55,579 nucleotides of DNA, from the NCBI GenBank assembly GCA_965371515.1, contig CBDUYR010000015.1, forward strand, positions 1 to 55,579. Direction: 5' to 3'. The position numbers were made by a program, and so were the translations under genes. Of this stretch, positions 9,136-18,540 are shown one piece after another. Positions within the stretch are counted from its first letter, which is position 1; every line of letters begins with the position of its first letter. Below the pieces are notes generated by a model that was given only the letters and a program-made list of their open reading frames with translations, ran no database searches and was not told where the DNA came from. The DNA is from an uncultured bacterium. Lineage in GTDB: Bacteria; Krumholzibacteriota; Krumholzibacteriia; Krumholzibacteriales; Krumholzibacteriaceae.

Positions 9136-10046
9136 ACCGCGAGCTCCTGGTGATGATCGGAAAGGCAGTCGCCTCCCTCTTCCTCATAGCGAACTACGGC
9201 CTCATCCTTTCGGGTGTGATGTACAAGATCATAGCGAGGGTCCACGGCCGCTTCGGCCCGCCGGTATGGCAGCCGTACATCAACCTCGCAAAGCTTCTCT
9301 CGATGAGGACGGCCGTCTCGCACGGGATCATGTTCTATCTCGGGCCCGTTTTCAGGATCACCGGCGGCGTCGGGCTCTACCTCCTGATCCCGGCGGTCTA
9401 CGGATCCTCGTGGCTGAGCAATTTCAGCTTCAGCGGCGACATTATCCTCGTGCTCTACTTCATATTCTTCGGGATGCTCGGGATGGCCCTCGGCGCCGCG
9501 GAGAGCGGACACCCCTACTCGGCGATCGGCGTGATGAGGGGACTGGCCCAGAACACTGCATCGGAGCTCCCCTTCGTCCTCGCCGTCCTGGCACTCGTCG
9601 CACAGTACAAGACACTGTCTATCACAGGTATCGTAGCGGCCCAGCAGGGCGGCATCGAGAACTGGACGCTCTTCACCAATCCGCTCGCCGTGATAGCAGC
9701 CATGCTCGCATTTATCGGCATGATGCACAGGTCGCCATTCGACCTGCATCTCGCCCCGCAGGAGATACCGGTCGGCCCGCCGACCGAATTTCACAGCAGC
9801 TACCTCTTTATGATGTCGTTCAACCGCGCCTTCTTCGGCTCTGCAAAACTCGTTCTATTCATGAATCTATTCTTCGGGGGAGCCACCTCCATCCCGGAGA
9901 TGGTCATAAAGACATTCCTGATAATGCTGTGGACCGTATTCGTTGGAGTCGTCTTCCCGCGCTACCGTCTCGAACAGTCGGTGCGCTGGCTGCTCAAGGT
10001 GCCGACACTGATCGGACTGCTCGCGCTTGCGCTGCAGATGTTTTAA
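9132..10046 (+). CDS. mbxM: Complex I subunit 1-like membrane anchor (NuoH/MbxM)
   Basis: ARVHGRFGPPVWQP, SPFDL..APQEI..GP.TE motifs. Confidence 0.9.
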   Translation: MNRELLVMIGKAVASLFLIANYGLILSGVMYKIIARVHGRFGPPVWQPYINLAKLLSMRTAVSHGIMFYLGPVFRITGGVGLYLLIPAVYGSSWLSNFSFSGDIILVLYFIFFGMLGMALGAAESGHPYSAIGVMRGLAQNTASELPFVLAVLALVAQYKTLSITGIVAAQQGGIENWTLFTNPLAVIAAMLAFIGMMHRSPFDLHLAPQEIPVGPPTEFHSSYLFMMSFNRAFFGSAKLVLFMNLFFGGATSIPEMVIKTFLIMLWTVFVGVVFPRYRLEQSVRWLLKVPTLIGLLALALQMF

Positions 10047-10057
10047 AGGACAGCAAT

Positions 10058-10714
10058 ATGGATGACAGGAAAATGAAACACAGATCACCCGTCCCGGAAG
10101 AGGAACTCCTCTCCCCCGACGCCTTCCTCGCTCCCGAGGAGCGCGGTCTCTTCTGCCAGGACAGGCCCGAGCCGGTCGAACCGTCGAAGATCAAGATCGT
10201 GCGCGACTTCTGCAACTGGGCGCAGGCCAACTCGGTATTCATCCTCGCCTTCGGAACAGGATGCGGGGCGATCGAGATGAGGCCGCTCTTTACCGCCCGC
10301 TACGATATCTCGCGCTACGGGATCTTCCCGAGGCCGACCCCGAGGATGTCAGGCCTCTTCATCATCGGCGGATACGCGTCGGTCAAGACGATGAAGAGGA
10401 TCGTGCGAAGCTACGAGCAGATGCAGAACCCGAAGTTCGTGATGGGACTGGGAAGCTGCACCGTCAACGGCGGGATGTACTATGACAGTTACAATACGGT
10501 CAAGAGGCTCGATCACTACATACCGGTCGATACTTATGTCGCCGGGTGCATGCCGAGGCCGGAATCGCTGATAGCAGGCTTCAACCGTATCAAGGAACTG
10601 ATCATGGAAGGCAAGGCCGAGGGCGCGAACGAGTACGCAAAGAACTTCGAATGGTACAAGCGCAATCAGCGCAGGATCATCAAGGACTGGAACATGCCGG
10701 AGTACAACTGGTAA
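10058..10714 (+). CDS. mbxJ: NuoB/MbxJ-like Fe-S small subunit
   Basis: FGTGCGAIE, GSCTVNGG, AGCMPRPE; ATG 10058 after AAGGA (the longer 9266 ORF overlaps mbxM). Confidence 0.88.
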   Translation: MDDRKMKHRSPVPEEELLSPDAFLAPEERGLFCQDRPEPVEPSKIKIVRDFCNWAQANSVFILAFGTGCGAIEMRPLFTARYDISRYGIFPRPTPRMSGLFIIGGYASVKTMKRIVRSYEQMQNPKFVMGLGSCTVNGGMYYDSYNTVKRLDHYIPVDTYVAGCMPRPESLIAGFNRIKELIMEGKAEGANEYAKNFEWYKRNQRRIIKDWNMPEYNW

Positions 10715-10719
10715 CCGAT

Positions 10720-11316
10720 ATGGAAAAGACACTGAAGATATTAAAGGAACGTTTTGAAGGAATGGATCCACTCGTCAGGCGCGGTGACCTGTCTTTCATC
10801 TCAGTCCCGAAAAGCCGCGCCGTCGAAGCGGTGATGTGGATGCGCGACCACGGAGGATTCACGCACCTCGTGATGGTCTCGTGTGTAGACAGGATCGAGG
10901 ACGGGGTATTCGAACTCGTCTACTTGCTCAACAATCCTGGCGAGCGGATCGATATCGGCATCTGCGTCGAGATCAGCCGCGACGGGGCAGTGATGGAGAG
11001 CATGCATCACCTCTGGGCAGGCGTGAAAGTCTACCAGCGGGAAATGCGGGAGATGTTCGGGATCGACTTCCCGGGAAGCCCCGGTGTCGAAGAGCCGATG
11101 ATCCTTGAGGGGTGGGACGATATCCCGCCGATGAGACGGGACTTCGATACGCTCGAGTATGTCGAGCGGACATATTATCCCCGGGAGGGGCGTTCGACGA
11201 GCGACCCGGCGACCGAGATGGAAGAACGCTCCTATCCTCTCGACGCCGGTGTGAAGCGAGGCATCAAGGACCTCGCAAGGTCGGGATACAGTGAAACAGA
11301 AAAGGACAGGGAATGA
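10720..11316 (+). CDS. mbxK: NuoC/MbxK-like subunit
   Basis: YQREMREMFGIDFPG..PPMRRDF motif; ATG 10720. Confidence 0.88.
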   Translation: MEKTLKILKERFEGMDPLVRRGDLSFISVPKSRAVEAVMWMRDHGGFTHLVMVSCVDRIEDGVFELVYLLNNPGERIDIGICVEISRDGAVMESMHHLWAGVKVYQREMREMFGIDFPGSPGVEEPMILEGWDDIPPMRRDFDTLEYVERTYYPREGRSTSDPATEMEERSYPLDAGVKRGIKDLARSGYSETEKDRE

Positions 11317-12485
11317 CCGGCGCCAACGGACATAAGGATCCCTGGTACCCCTCCTGGGCCGTGCGTCCGCAGTACGACCTCGAATCGGAGAAGTACCTGA
11401 AGATCTGGCAGGGGCCCCAGCATCCCGGCGTCACCGGCAATATGGCGCTCGAGCTCACCGTCGAGGGCGACATCGTCGTGGACTGCAAGGTCCATGTCGG
11501 ATACCTGCACCGTGGGTTCGAGAAGCTCATGGAAAGACGGAAGTACATGAACTGCTTCCCGATCGTGTGCCGGATCTGCGTCCCCGAGCCTGACTTTAAC
11601 GAGTACCTCTTCGCCGCTGCCGCCGAAGAACTCGACGGTATAGAGATCCCCGAGAGGGCGAAATGGATACGCGCTCTCACACTCGAGCTGGCAAGGATAG
11701 CGTCCCTGACGATGGGCCTGGGCGGACAGGCAGGTTCGTTCGGGCTGGGCACGATCGGCCAGTGGTGCCTGGTGCACCGCGACTACGTGCTCGACCTCTT
11801 CGAGGAGCTGTCGGGCCACAGGATCTATCACATGTACATACTGCCCGGCGGCGTGAGGCACGACCTCACCCCCGGCTTCGCGGAAAAGACGGAAGCAGTC
11901 CTCCGTAAGATCGAGAAACTGATGGACGACGTCCAGAAGGTGCTCTTCGACAACGCCGTTATAATAGCGAGGACAAATGGACTCGGGGTCATACAAAATG
12001 ACTGGATCGACCCGTTCGGAATAGTAGGAACCAACGCGCGCTGTGCGGGCGGCACGAGGGACGTCCGGAAGGACTACCCCTACCTCGTCTACGACCGTCT
12101 CGACTTTGACGTGATCACAGGCAGCCGTCCCGACGTGTACGGCCGATCGCTCCTTCGCCGCGATGAGATCCTCATGGCCTGCGATCTCGTAAGGCAGATA
12201 CTCAAGAATATGCCCGAGGGGCCTGTCAGGACGAAGCTGCCCAATCCCCTGCACTGGAAGATACCCGCCGGCGAGACATACATCCGCGCCGAATCGGGCC
12301 GCGGAGAGATGGGATATTTCATGGCCTCGGACGGGAGCGAGTTCCCGAGAAGGATCCACGTACGGGGCCCGAGCTATACCCACGCGATGGCACTGTTTGA
12401 AGAGATGATAAGGGGCATAAGCATAGCGGACGTCGCGGGACTGATGACGTCGCTCCAGACATGCCCGCCGGAGATAGAAAGATAG
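11313..12485 (+). CDS. mbxL: NuoD/MbxL-like large subunit lacking a complete NiFe site
   Basis: GPQHPG, GYLHRGFEKL, CRICVPEPD, C-terminal TCPPEIER (no DPCxxC NiFe motif). Confidence 0.88.
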   Translation: MTGANGHKDPWYPSWAVRPQYDLESEKYLKIWQGPQHPGVTGNMALELTVEGDIVVDCKVHVGYLHRGFEKLMERRKYMNCFPIVCRICVPEPDFNEYLFAAAAEELDGIEIPERAKWIRALTLELARIASLTMGLGGQAGSFGLGTIGQWCLVHRDYVLDLFEELSGHRIYHMYILPGGVRHDLTPGFAEKTEAVLRKIEKLMDDVQKVLFDNAVIIARTNGLGVIQNDWIDPFGIVGTNARCAGGTRDVRKDYPYLVYDRLDFDVITGSRPDVYGRSLLRRDEILMACDLVRQILKNMPEGPVRTKLPNPLHWKIPAGETYIRAESGRGEMGYFMASDGSEFPRRIHVRGPSYTHAMALFEEMIRGISIADVAGLMTSLQTCPPEIER

Positions 12486-12487
12486 AT

Positions 12488-14278
12488 ATGTGGAATCTTA
12501 GAAACATAATATCGCCCTTCTACGCGTGGAAGCGCGCGTTCGAGAAGCCGTATACGATAAAGAAGCCACTGGTCGAACGGGACGGGGCGGATCTCTACCG
12601 GGGATTCCACACTAACGACCTCGGCAAATGCATCGGCTGCGGTTCGTGCGAGGAGATATGCCAGAACGCCGCCATCGACATGAAGCGCGTCGAGGGCATC
12701 GAGCCTTCAGTCGGCGACAGCGGTCTGCGTCCCGCCATCGATTACGGCCGCTGCTGCTGGTGCGCCCTCTGCGTCGATATCTGCCCGACGGCATCCCTCG
12801 CCATGTCGAACAGGTACAACTGGATCTCAGACGACGGCGAGGACTGGGTCTTCACACCGGGCGTCGATGACGGCGGGTGGAACGAGGACGAGCTCGGCTA
12901 CAGAAGGGCCGAATGCGCATGGCTCCTCGACCCGGCCGAGCAGAAGATGCCGGTGATCGAACCCGATGTTCGTAAAAAGCATTTCGATGAGATGGCCCTC
13001 GGATACGGTGACAGGGAAGCGCTCGATGAGGCGGTCAGATGTCTCGACTGCGGGCTCTGTGTCGAGGCCTGTCCTACGCACATGGATATCCCCGCATATA
13101 TAAGGTCTATCCGCGACGGTGACCTCGATGAAGGGCTCCGGCTCCTCTACGATACAAACCCCTTCTCCGAGAGTTGCGGTCGCGTATGTACGGCGAAGTG
13201 TCAGGACGCCTGCGCGCTGGGGCATCTCGGCGAACCGATCATGATCAGATGGCTGAAGCGTTACATCACCGATAACACACTGGACCGCAGAAACGCAATC
13301 CTCGGCGTCGACAAACACGCTCCCCGAACAGGCAGAAAAGTCGCCATCGTCGGTGGCGGCCCCTCCGGCTTTACCGCGGCATTCTATCTCGCCCGCTTCG
13401 GCCACGATGTAACCGTATTCGAGCGAGCGGAGAAACCGGGCGGGATGCTGCGTACGGGTATACCCGATTACCGCCTCCCCGCCGACGTCCTCGCGAGAGA
13501 GATCGATGTTATCCTCGATTCGGGGGTGGAGCTGCGCACCGGCGTTGATATCGGCGGCGAAGTGACCGTAACAAAGTTGAGAGAAGAATATGATTCGGTA
13601 TACATATCAGTCGGCGCACAGGAAGGATCGAGTATGCCGATCGAGGGCATTGACCTGCCTCGCGTCCTGATCGGTATCGACCTGCTCGCCCGCATCGCCG
13701 CCGGCGAGCGGCCCTCCCTCGGCGACACTGTAGCCGTGATCGGCGGAGGTAACACGGCGATGGACGTATGCCGTTCGGCAGTGAGGCTCGGCGCCGGCAC
13801 GGTCAACGTCCTCTATCGCAGGACCGAGAAGGAGATGCCCGCCAACGCCGAGGAGATCGGAGAGGCGAAGGAAGAGGGCGTCGAGTTCGAGTTCCTCGTA
13901 GCCCCCGTCAGTTTCTCGGAGAACGGCGGAAAGCTCGACGTCGTATGTCAGAGGATGGAGCTCGGCGAGCCCGACGACAGCGGCAGGCGCAGGCCTGTTC
14001 CGATCGATGACTCCGAGTTCACCGTCACGGTGGACACCTGCGTGATGGCCGTGGGCCAGCAGGTCGAGGGTTCCTTCGCGACAGCTGCCGGTGTGAAGAT
14101 CACGCGTTGGAACACATTTGATGTCGACAGTGACACACTCGTCACCGACATAGAAGGTGTCTTCGCCGGAGGAGATTGCGAGACGGGACCGGACGACGCG
14201 ATACGGGCGGTCGCGTCGGGCAAGAAGGCCGCCTGGTTCATCAACGAATATCTTGGGAGGAAGACCGATGGACGATAA
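12488..14278 (+). CDS. NuoI/MbxN 2x[4Fe-4S] domain fused to a GltD/SudA-like FAD/NADPH oxidoreductase
   Basis: CIGCGSCEEIC and CCWCALCVDICP, then CLDCGLCVEACP, CGRVC..C..AC, GGGPSG (FAD), GGGNTAMD + YRR (NADPH), FAGGD. Confidence 0.88.
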   Translation: MWNLRNIISPFYAWKRAFEKPYTIKKPLVERDGADLYRGFHTNDLGKCIGCGSCEEICQNAAIDMKRVEGIEPSVGDSGLRPAIDYGRCCWCALCVDICPTASLAMSNRYNWISDDGEDWVFTPGVDDGGWNEDELGYRRAECAWLLDPAEQKMPVIEPDVRKKHFDEMALGYGDREALDEAVRCLDCGLCVEACPTHMDIPAYIRSIRDGDLDEGLRLLYDTNPFSESCGRVCTAKCQDACALGHLGEPIMIRWLKRYITDNTLDRRNAILGVDKHAPRTGRKVAIVGGGPSGFTAAFYLARFGHDVTVFERAEKPGGMLRTGIPDYRLPADVLAREIDVILDSGVELRTGVDIGGEVTVTKLREEYDSVYISVGAQEGSSMPIEGIDLPRVLIGIDLLARIAAGERPSLGDTVAVIGGGNTAMDVCRSAVRLGAGTVNVLYRRTEKEMPANAEEIGEAKEEGVEFEFLVAPVSFSENGGKLDVVCQRMELGEPDDSGRRRPVPIDDSEFTVTVDTCVMAVGQQVEGSFATAAGVKITRWNTFDVDSDTLVTDIEGVFAGGDCETGPDDAIRAVASGKKAAWFINEYLGRKTDGR

Positions 14279-14741
14279 GGGAAAAATCAGATCATTCGCT
14301 TCTATCGATGAGATCCTCGAATTCGCAGTCTCTATGGAAGACGAATCGTGGAGATTCTACACGGAATGGGCGGAACGGTCAGAGAACGAAGTAATATCGA
14401 CAGTCTTCAGAGAGTTCGCCGGCGAGGAGCTGAAACACAAGAAACTCATCGAGGACGTACGGGCCGGGGAGAGAAAACTGAAGGCACGGCACGATGTAGC
14501 CGACCTGAAACTCGCCGATAATTACATGAAGCCGCAGCCTTCCGCCTCGATGTCGTACCAGGACGCGCTGCTCATCGCCATAGAGAGGGAAGTGGCGGCC
14601 ATCGAGCTCTACGTCCACCTCACCTCTGTATGCCTGGAGGAAGCGCTCTGCGCGGTCTTCGCCGCCCTCGCCGAGGAAGAGAAAAAACACAAACTGAAAC
14701 TGGAGACGATCTACGACGACACGTTTATGAAGGAAGACTAG
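14268..14741 (+). CDS. Rubrerythrin/ferritin-like di-iron protein
   Basis: E..FY, EELKH, E..LY and EEKKH duplicated ExxH motifs; overlaps the preceding gene by 11 nt. Confidence 0.85.
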   Translation: MDDKGKIRSFASIDEILEFAVSMEDESWRFYTEWAERSENEVISTVFREFAGEELKHKKLIEDVRAGERKLKARHDVADLKLADNYMKPQPSASMSYQDALLIAIEREVAAIELYVHLTSVCLEEALCAVFAALAEEEKKHKLKLETIYDDTFMKED

Positions 14742-15049
14742 GTCCCGTCCTCCAGCAATTCTCCCCCACCCTGCCTGAACTGCTCCCATATCCTGCGAAA
14801 CCTGCCCACGTACAGAGCGTCGAAAAGCTCCTCTCTTCCCGGGAATTCCTCGAGGACCCGTGAACGGAACAATCGTATCGCGATCTCAATATCGATTCGC
14901 GGCATGTCCGCATCGAGTATCATCGACACGATCCTGTCCGCTTCGATCCGTATGCCGCGTGCGCGCTTCCGGTCGAGCTCAACGCCGGCCGCCTCGAACA
15001 GCTCGCGTTCGAGCGCTTCCCAGTCGATGTCTCCATTCTTTCCACTCAT
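14738..15049 (-). CDS. Hypothetical protein
   Basis: 103-aa ORF with ATGA overlap to the upstream gene; protein-like helical composition (FPGREELFDALYVGRFRRIWEQF). Confidence 0.65.
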   Translation of the reverse strand: MSGKNGDIDWEALERELFEAAGVELDRKRARGIRIEADRIVSMILDADMPRIDIEIAIRLFRSRVLEEFPGREELFDALYVGRFRRIWEQFRQGGGELLEDGT

Positions 15050-15852
15050 GGCGCAGCGGCCAGCTTTATCTTCATCCAGGCCTCGAGCTCCTCTGTCATC
15101 GCTTCGCGTGTGCCGTTACTCATACCACCCCCGCGCATTCCGCCTCCCATGCCGCCGCGTCCACCCATTCCTCCCTGAGGTCTTTCCAGCATCATGTTGT
15201 CCCGCATCTCTTCCAGGTCGATCTTTCCCACCTCGAAGCCCACGCCTGCGATACCACCATCGGCCAGCCCCTCGGGAAAGGGAAAGCCCTGACCACCCGT
15301 GATCGGGACCTTGAGTTCATATACGAGGATCCTGTCGTCCATGTCGAGTGCGGCCTCTATGCCCAGTTCCATTGCGTCCTCAACGAACATCCACTGCCCG
15401 GCAGATTCTTTCGACTTGCCGACGATCATTTCACTCCTCGACTGGATGAGCAGGTCCTCGATTGCCCTGACCCTGTCCCGCGATCTTGTCTCGCGCATCC
15501 TGCGCAGCTCCTCCGAGCCCTTCGTCATAGGGAATTCTATCCCGTACACCCTGTCATCGCCGCCTTCCGCGTCGAACCATACGGTAAGCCCGCGGACGAG
15601 GATCTGCTGCTGAGTCTTCGTGTTCCACGTCTTAAAACAGATGTAGAGATATTCCCCATCGTTGAACACAGCGAATCTGACACCCTTGTCGTCATCGCTG
15701 TACTGCTCCGTCCCTCGCCACTCCGATGCGTCGCCGTCGATCTTTATCTCACGGTCGCGCCAGCGGCTATCGATCTCTTCGCCTCCGCACCCCACATAGT
15801 AAAATGAAAAGGACAGTAACAGAGCTGTCAGTATTATGGTATCTCGACGCAC
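15046..15852 (-). CDS. Putative lipoprotein with a CBM9/DOMON-like start and a Gly/Met-rich linker
   Basis: GTG start after GAGG; signal peptide with VG-C lipobox; IKIDGDASEW motif. Confidence 0.65.
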   Translation of the reverse strand: MRRDTIILTALLLSFSFYYVGCGGEEIDSRWRDREIKIDGDASEWRGTEQYSDDDKGVRFAVFNDGEYLYICFKTWNTKTQQQILVRGLTVWFDAEGGDDRVYGIEFPMTKGSEELRRMRETRSRDRVRAIEDLLIQSRSEMIVGKSKESAGQWMFVEDAMELGIEAALDMDDRILVYELKVPITGGQGFPFPEGLADGGIAGVGFEVGKIDLEEMRDNMMLERPQGGMGGRGGMGGGMRGGGMSNGTREAMTEELEAWMKIKLAAAP

Positions 15853-16068
15853 AGAGAGTTCCTCTCGCATAAGACATGTACATGCAGGATTCACGATAAT
15901 ACGTCGTAGTTTAGTCCGCAATGGTTACATAACCAGGTGGTTGATCGTATCGAAGCGATTCTCGACTTATAGTATTATGTGAGGTGATTTTATTTATACA
16001 TTGATATATTATCATTTACACTGCCGAGTATTATGCGGCGTATGATTCGGCCGACACAAAGCTCCCGC

Positions 16069-16098
16069 TTGCCGTAAGGACTGTCGAGGCTGTATAAT
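16069..16098 (+). promoter_or_regulatory. Putative sigma70 promoter TTGCCG-N18-TATAAT
   Basis: Near-consensus hexamers about 35 bp upstream of the DUF3467 start. Confidence 0.55.
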
Positions 16099-16132
16099 GC
16101 ATCGGCGTAACCATAATAATGAAAGGAATACG

Positions 16133-16456
16133 ATGCAGAAACAGCCCCAGCAGCAGATCCAGGTGGAGCTCGACGAGAGCGCCGCGGAGGGTATCTATTC
16201 GAACTTTGTCCTCACCGGAAACACAGCATCCGAATTCATACTCGATTTCGCGAGGATGCTCCCCGGACTGAAGAAGGCGAAGGTATTCTCGAGGATCATA
16301 ATGACACCTCAGTCAGCCAAGTCGCTTCAGGCTGTATTATCGAGGACGATCGAGCAGTACGAGAAGAGCTTCGGCGAGATCAAGGTCCATGGCGGCAAGG
16401 ACGCTTCACAGATAGGTTTTCAGGCAAAACAGGCAGATTCCGAAACAAAGGAATAG
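16133..16456 (+). CDS. DUF3467 family protein
   Basis: GIYSN..EFILDF..SRIIMTPQSAK signature; AAAGGA RBS. Confidence 0.85.
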   Translation: MQKQPQQQIQVELDESAAEGIYSNFVLTGNTASEFILDFARMLPGLKKAKVFSRIIMTPQSAKSLQAVLSRTIEQYEKSFGEIKVHGGKDASQIGFQAKQADSETKE

Positions 16457-16458
16457 AG

Positions 16459-17364
16459 TCATTCTGGAGGTTTCGTCTTCCATCGCCGATGAGCCCAGAA
16501 ATAGTGATCCGGATTCTTCCTGATCGCCATCTCCAGCTCCTTTGTCAGCGCGGCCGTCAGACGGAAGATCTCCTCTGCTCCTTCCGCGCCGGTATCGGCA
16601 CGCATTACGGGATTGAACCACACGTCGTGCGTCTCGTCCTCCCGCCTCACGATGCTGCAGAATATCATCGGGCATCCGGTCTTCCAGACGAACTGCGCCG
16701 CCCCGGGATAGGTCGAAGATGGAATGCCGAAGAAGTCGACGAATATCCCGGCCTTCCTCGCGTCCTGATCAGACAGGATCGCCACTAATCGGTTCTTCTT
16801 CAGCGAACTGAACACCCCCCTGACGGCAATCCCCTTCGCGATGACTCCTATACCCGCAGACCTTCTCAGGCCCTTTATGTATTCGTCTACGAGGCTGTTG
16901 GTCTGATCCGCGACGATGAAATCGACAGGAATACCATGTGCGACAGCGGAGGCGCCAAGCAGCTCCCAGCTCCCGAAGTGGCCCGTCACCCCGATCAGTC
17001 CCTTTCCCTCGGCCAGGGCTGCATCGAGGTGCTCCCTGCCGTGCATCCTCACCAGGTTCCTCAGCTTCTCTGCGTTCAGGCGCCGCAGGGACGCGAGCTC
17101 GACCATCGACTTGGCGAAATTGACGTAGGAACGCCGCCCGATCCGAACCCTCTCCGCCTCCACGATAGTATCGCCGAACGCCCTCTCGAGATTATCGAGA
17201 GTCACACGGCGTCTGATCCTGACGACGTCGAAGGCAAACGCCCCGACTAGCCCGCCTGCTTTGATCGACCATCTGTATGGAAGAAGCAGCGGCAGCCAGG
17301 TGAGCAGCTTTACCCCGAAGAGCTCGAGCCTGTGTTTGAATCTCTTCCATCCTGTTGCGGGCAT
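16459..17364 (-). CDS. lpxL: Lipid A biosynthesis / lysophospholipid acyltransferase (LpxL/HtrB family)
   Basis: GHFGSWE, LSDQ, FFG, YFWAHRRWK motifs; ATG 17364 after GGAGG. Confidence 0.8.
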   Translation of the reverse strand: MPATGWKRFKHRLELFGVKLLTWLPLLLPYRWSIKAGGLVGAFAFDVVRIRRRVTLDNLERAFGDTIVEAERVRIGRRSYVNFAKSMVELASLRRLNAEKLRNLVRMHGREHLDAALAEGKGLIGVTGHFGSWELLGASAVAHGIPVDFIVADQTNSLVDEYIKGLRRSAGIGVIAKGIAVRGVFSSLKKNRLVAILSDQDARKAGIFVDFFGIPSSTYPGAAQFVWKTGCPMIFCSIVRREDETHDVWFNPVMRADTGAEGAEEIFRLTAALTKELEMAIRKNPDHYFWAHRRWKTKPPE

Positions 17365-17386
17365 CCATCCTCCGTAGATCGAGCGC

Positions 17387-18517
17387 CTAGGCCCACTTCC
17401 TGGCAAGCCAACTCATCTTTATCTCTACTGCGTTCTCCGGACACAGCTCATGGCAGCACATGCACTGTACGCACCCTTCGTGCACCACCCGGAACTTGTC
17501 CCCCGATGGCACGATCGTCTTTACCGGACAGCTATTGTAACACATCTCGCAGCCTGTACATTTATCCTCGTCGATGACCAGTCTAAGCCAGACTAATGGA
17601 GCGAGCATTTTCACCAGAGGTCCTGGTATGAGCCTCATACCGAGGTTGGAGGGCAGATCGAAATCCTCGATGACGGTTCCGGCCGCGTCGCCTTTAACAT
17701 CTATCATCTCCAGAGCGCTGACGCCGAGCTCCCTTTCGCCGGCTAACCTCGTCGTATCGATCCTGTCGGGCCGGAAGCCTATCACTTGGGAGAGAACGGC
17801 ATCGAGGGCCACGCCATCGTCTGATACCGCGATCAACCCCGTTTCCTTCGGCTCACCTGAGCTGGGCCCGTTCCCTTCCATCGAGAGAATCGCGTCCATT
17901 ATGTTCAGCGCCGGACGAACGTGACTGTAGAGCTCGACAAGCATCGAGGCGAATTCGGAAGGCTTCGGGAATATCTTGTGCATCTCGGCCTTCCTGAATC
18001 CAGGCACCACTCCGAACATGTTCTTGACCGCGCCGGTGAACAGCGTCAGCGAGTGAGTCTTCAGTTTCGGAAGGTTGATCACAACGTCCGCTTCGCGTAC
18101 GGGTTTCGCCACATAAAGCCTGAATCTTCCCGCGTCGATCTCTTCCGAGCTGGAGGCCTCGAAATTTATGAGCTCGAGCCCTGCCCTTTCGGCCATCTCG
18201 CTCATCAATGTGTTTTCCCATACACGCTGGATCCCGCGGACGGCCCCGCCGGGACTGTCCCCGACGAACGGGTCGCCTCCGGCCTCGCGGACCAGTGCCG
18301 CTACCGTCTCCACGACATGAGGGTGTGTGGTTATAGCTCGCGAAGGATCTTTTGCGGAGAGTAGATTCGGCTTGAGAAGTACCCGGTCGCCGTCAGAGAC
18401 AAATGCGGTCATGCCTCCGAACGGAGCGAGAGCTTCCGAGATGACACGACGAAGCTCTTCGGTGTCGTACGTTTCGCACCTGTTGAGGGAGACGATAGAT
18501 CTGCCTGCGCGTTCCAT
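17387..18517 (-). CDS. DUF362 protein with a C-terminal 2x[4Fe-4S] ferredoxin
   Basis: VLLKPNL, TTHP, INLPKLKTH, GAVKNMFG, MEGNGP; CTGCEMCYNSCP and CVQCMCCHELCP. Confidence 0.88.
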   Translation of the reverse strand: MERAGRSIVSLNRCETYDTEELRRVISEALAPFGGMTAFVSDGDRVLLKPNLLSAKDPSRAITTHPHVVETVAALVREAGGDPFVGDSPGGAVRGIQRVWENTLMSEMAERAGLELINFEASSSEEIDAGRFRLYVAKPVREADVVINLPKLKTHSLTLFTGAVKNMFGVVPGFRKAEMHKIFPKPSEFASMLVELYSHVRPALNIMDAILSMEGNGPSSGEPKETGLIAVSDDGVALDAVLSQVIGFRPDRIDTTRLAGERELGVSALEMIDVKGDAAGTVIEDFDLPSNLGMRLIPGPLVKMLAPLVWLRLVIDEDKCTGCEMCYNSCPVKTIVPSGDKFRVVHEGCVQCMCCHELCPENAVEIKMSWLARKWA

Positions 18518-18540
18518 CCGATATAAATTCCGGGAAATGC

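Noticed and set aside
9266..10057. N-terminal extension of the 482-aa ORF
   Set aside because: Overlaps mbxM out of frame; the real NuoB-like start with RBS is at 10058.
11313..12485. Group 4 [NiFe] hydrogenase or canonical complex I call
   Set aside because: No C-terminal CxxC for Ni, no maturation genes in the window and no nuoA/J/EFG; the motifs fit Mbx.
12488..14278. Glutamate synthase small subunit (gltD) or dihydropyrimidine dehydrogenase
   Set aside because: No gltB or preA partner; it is fused to MbxN inside the respiratory operon.
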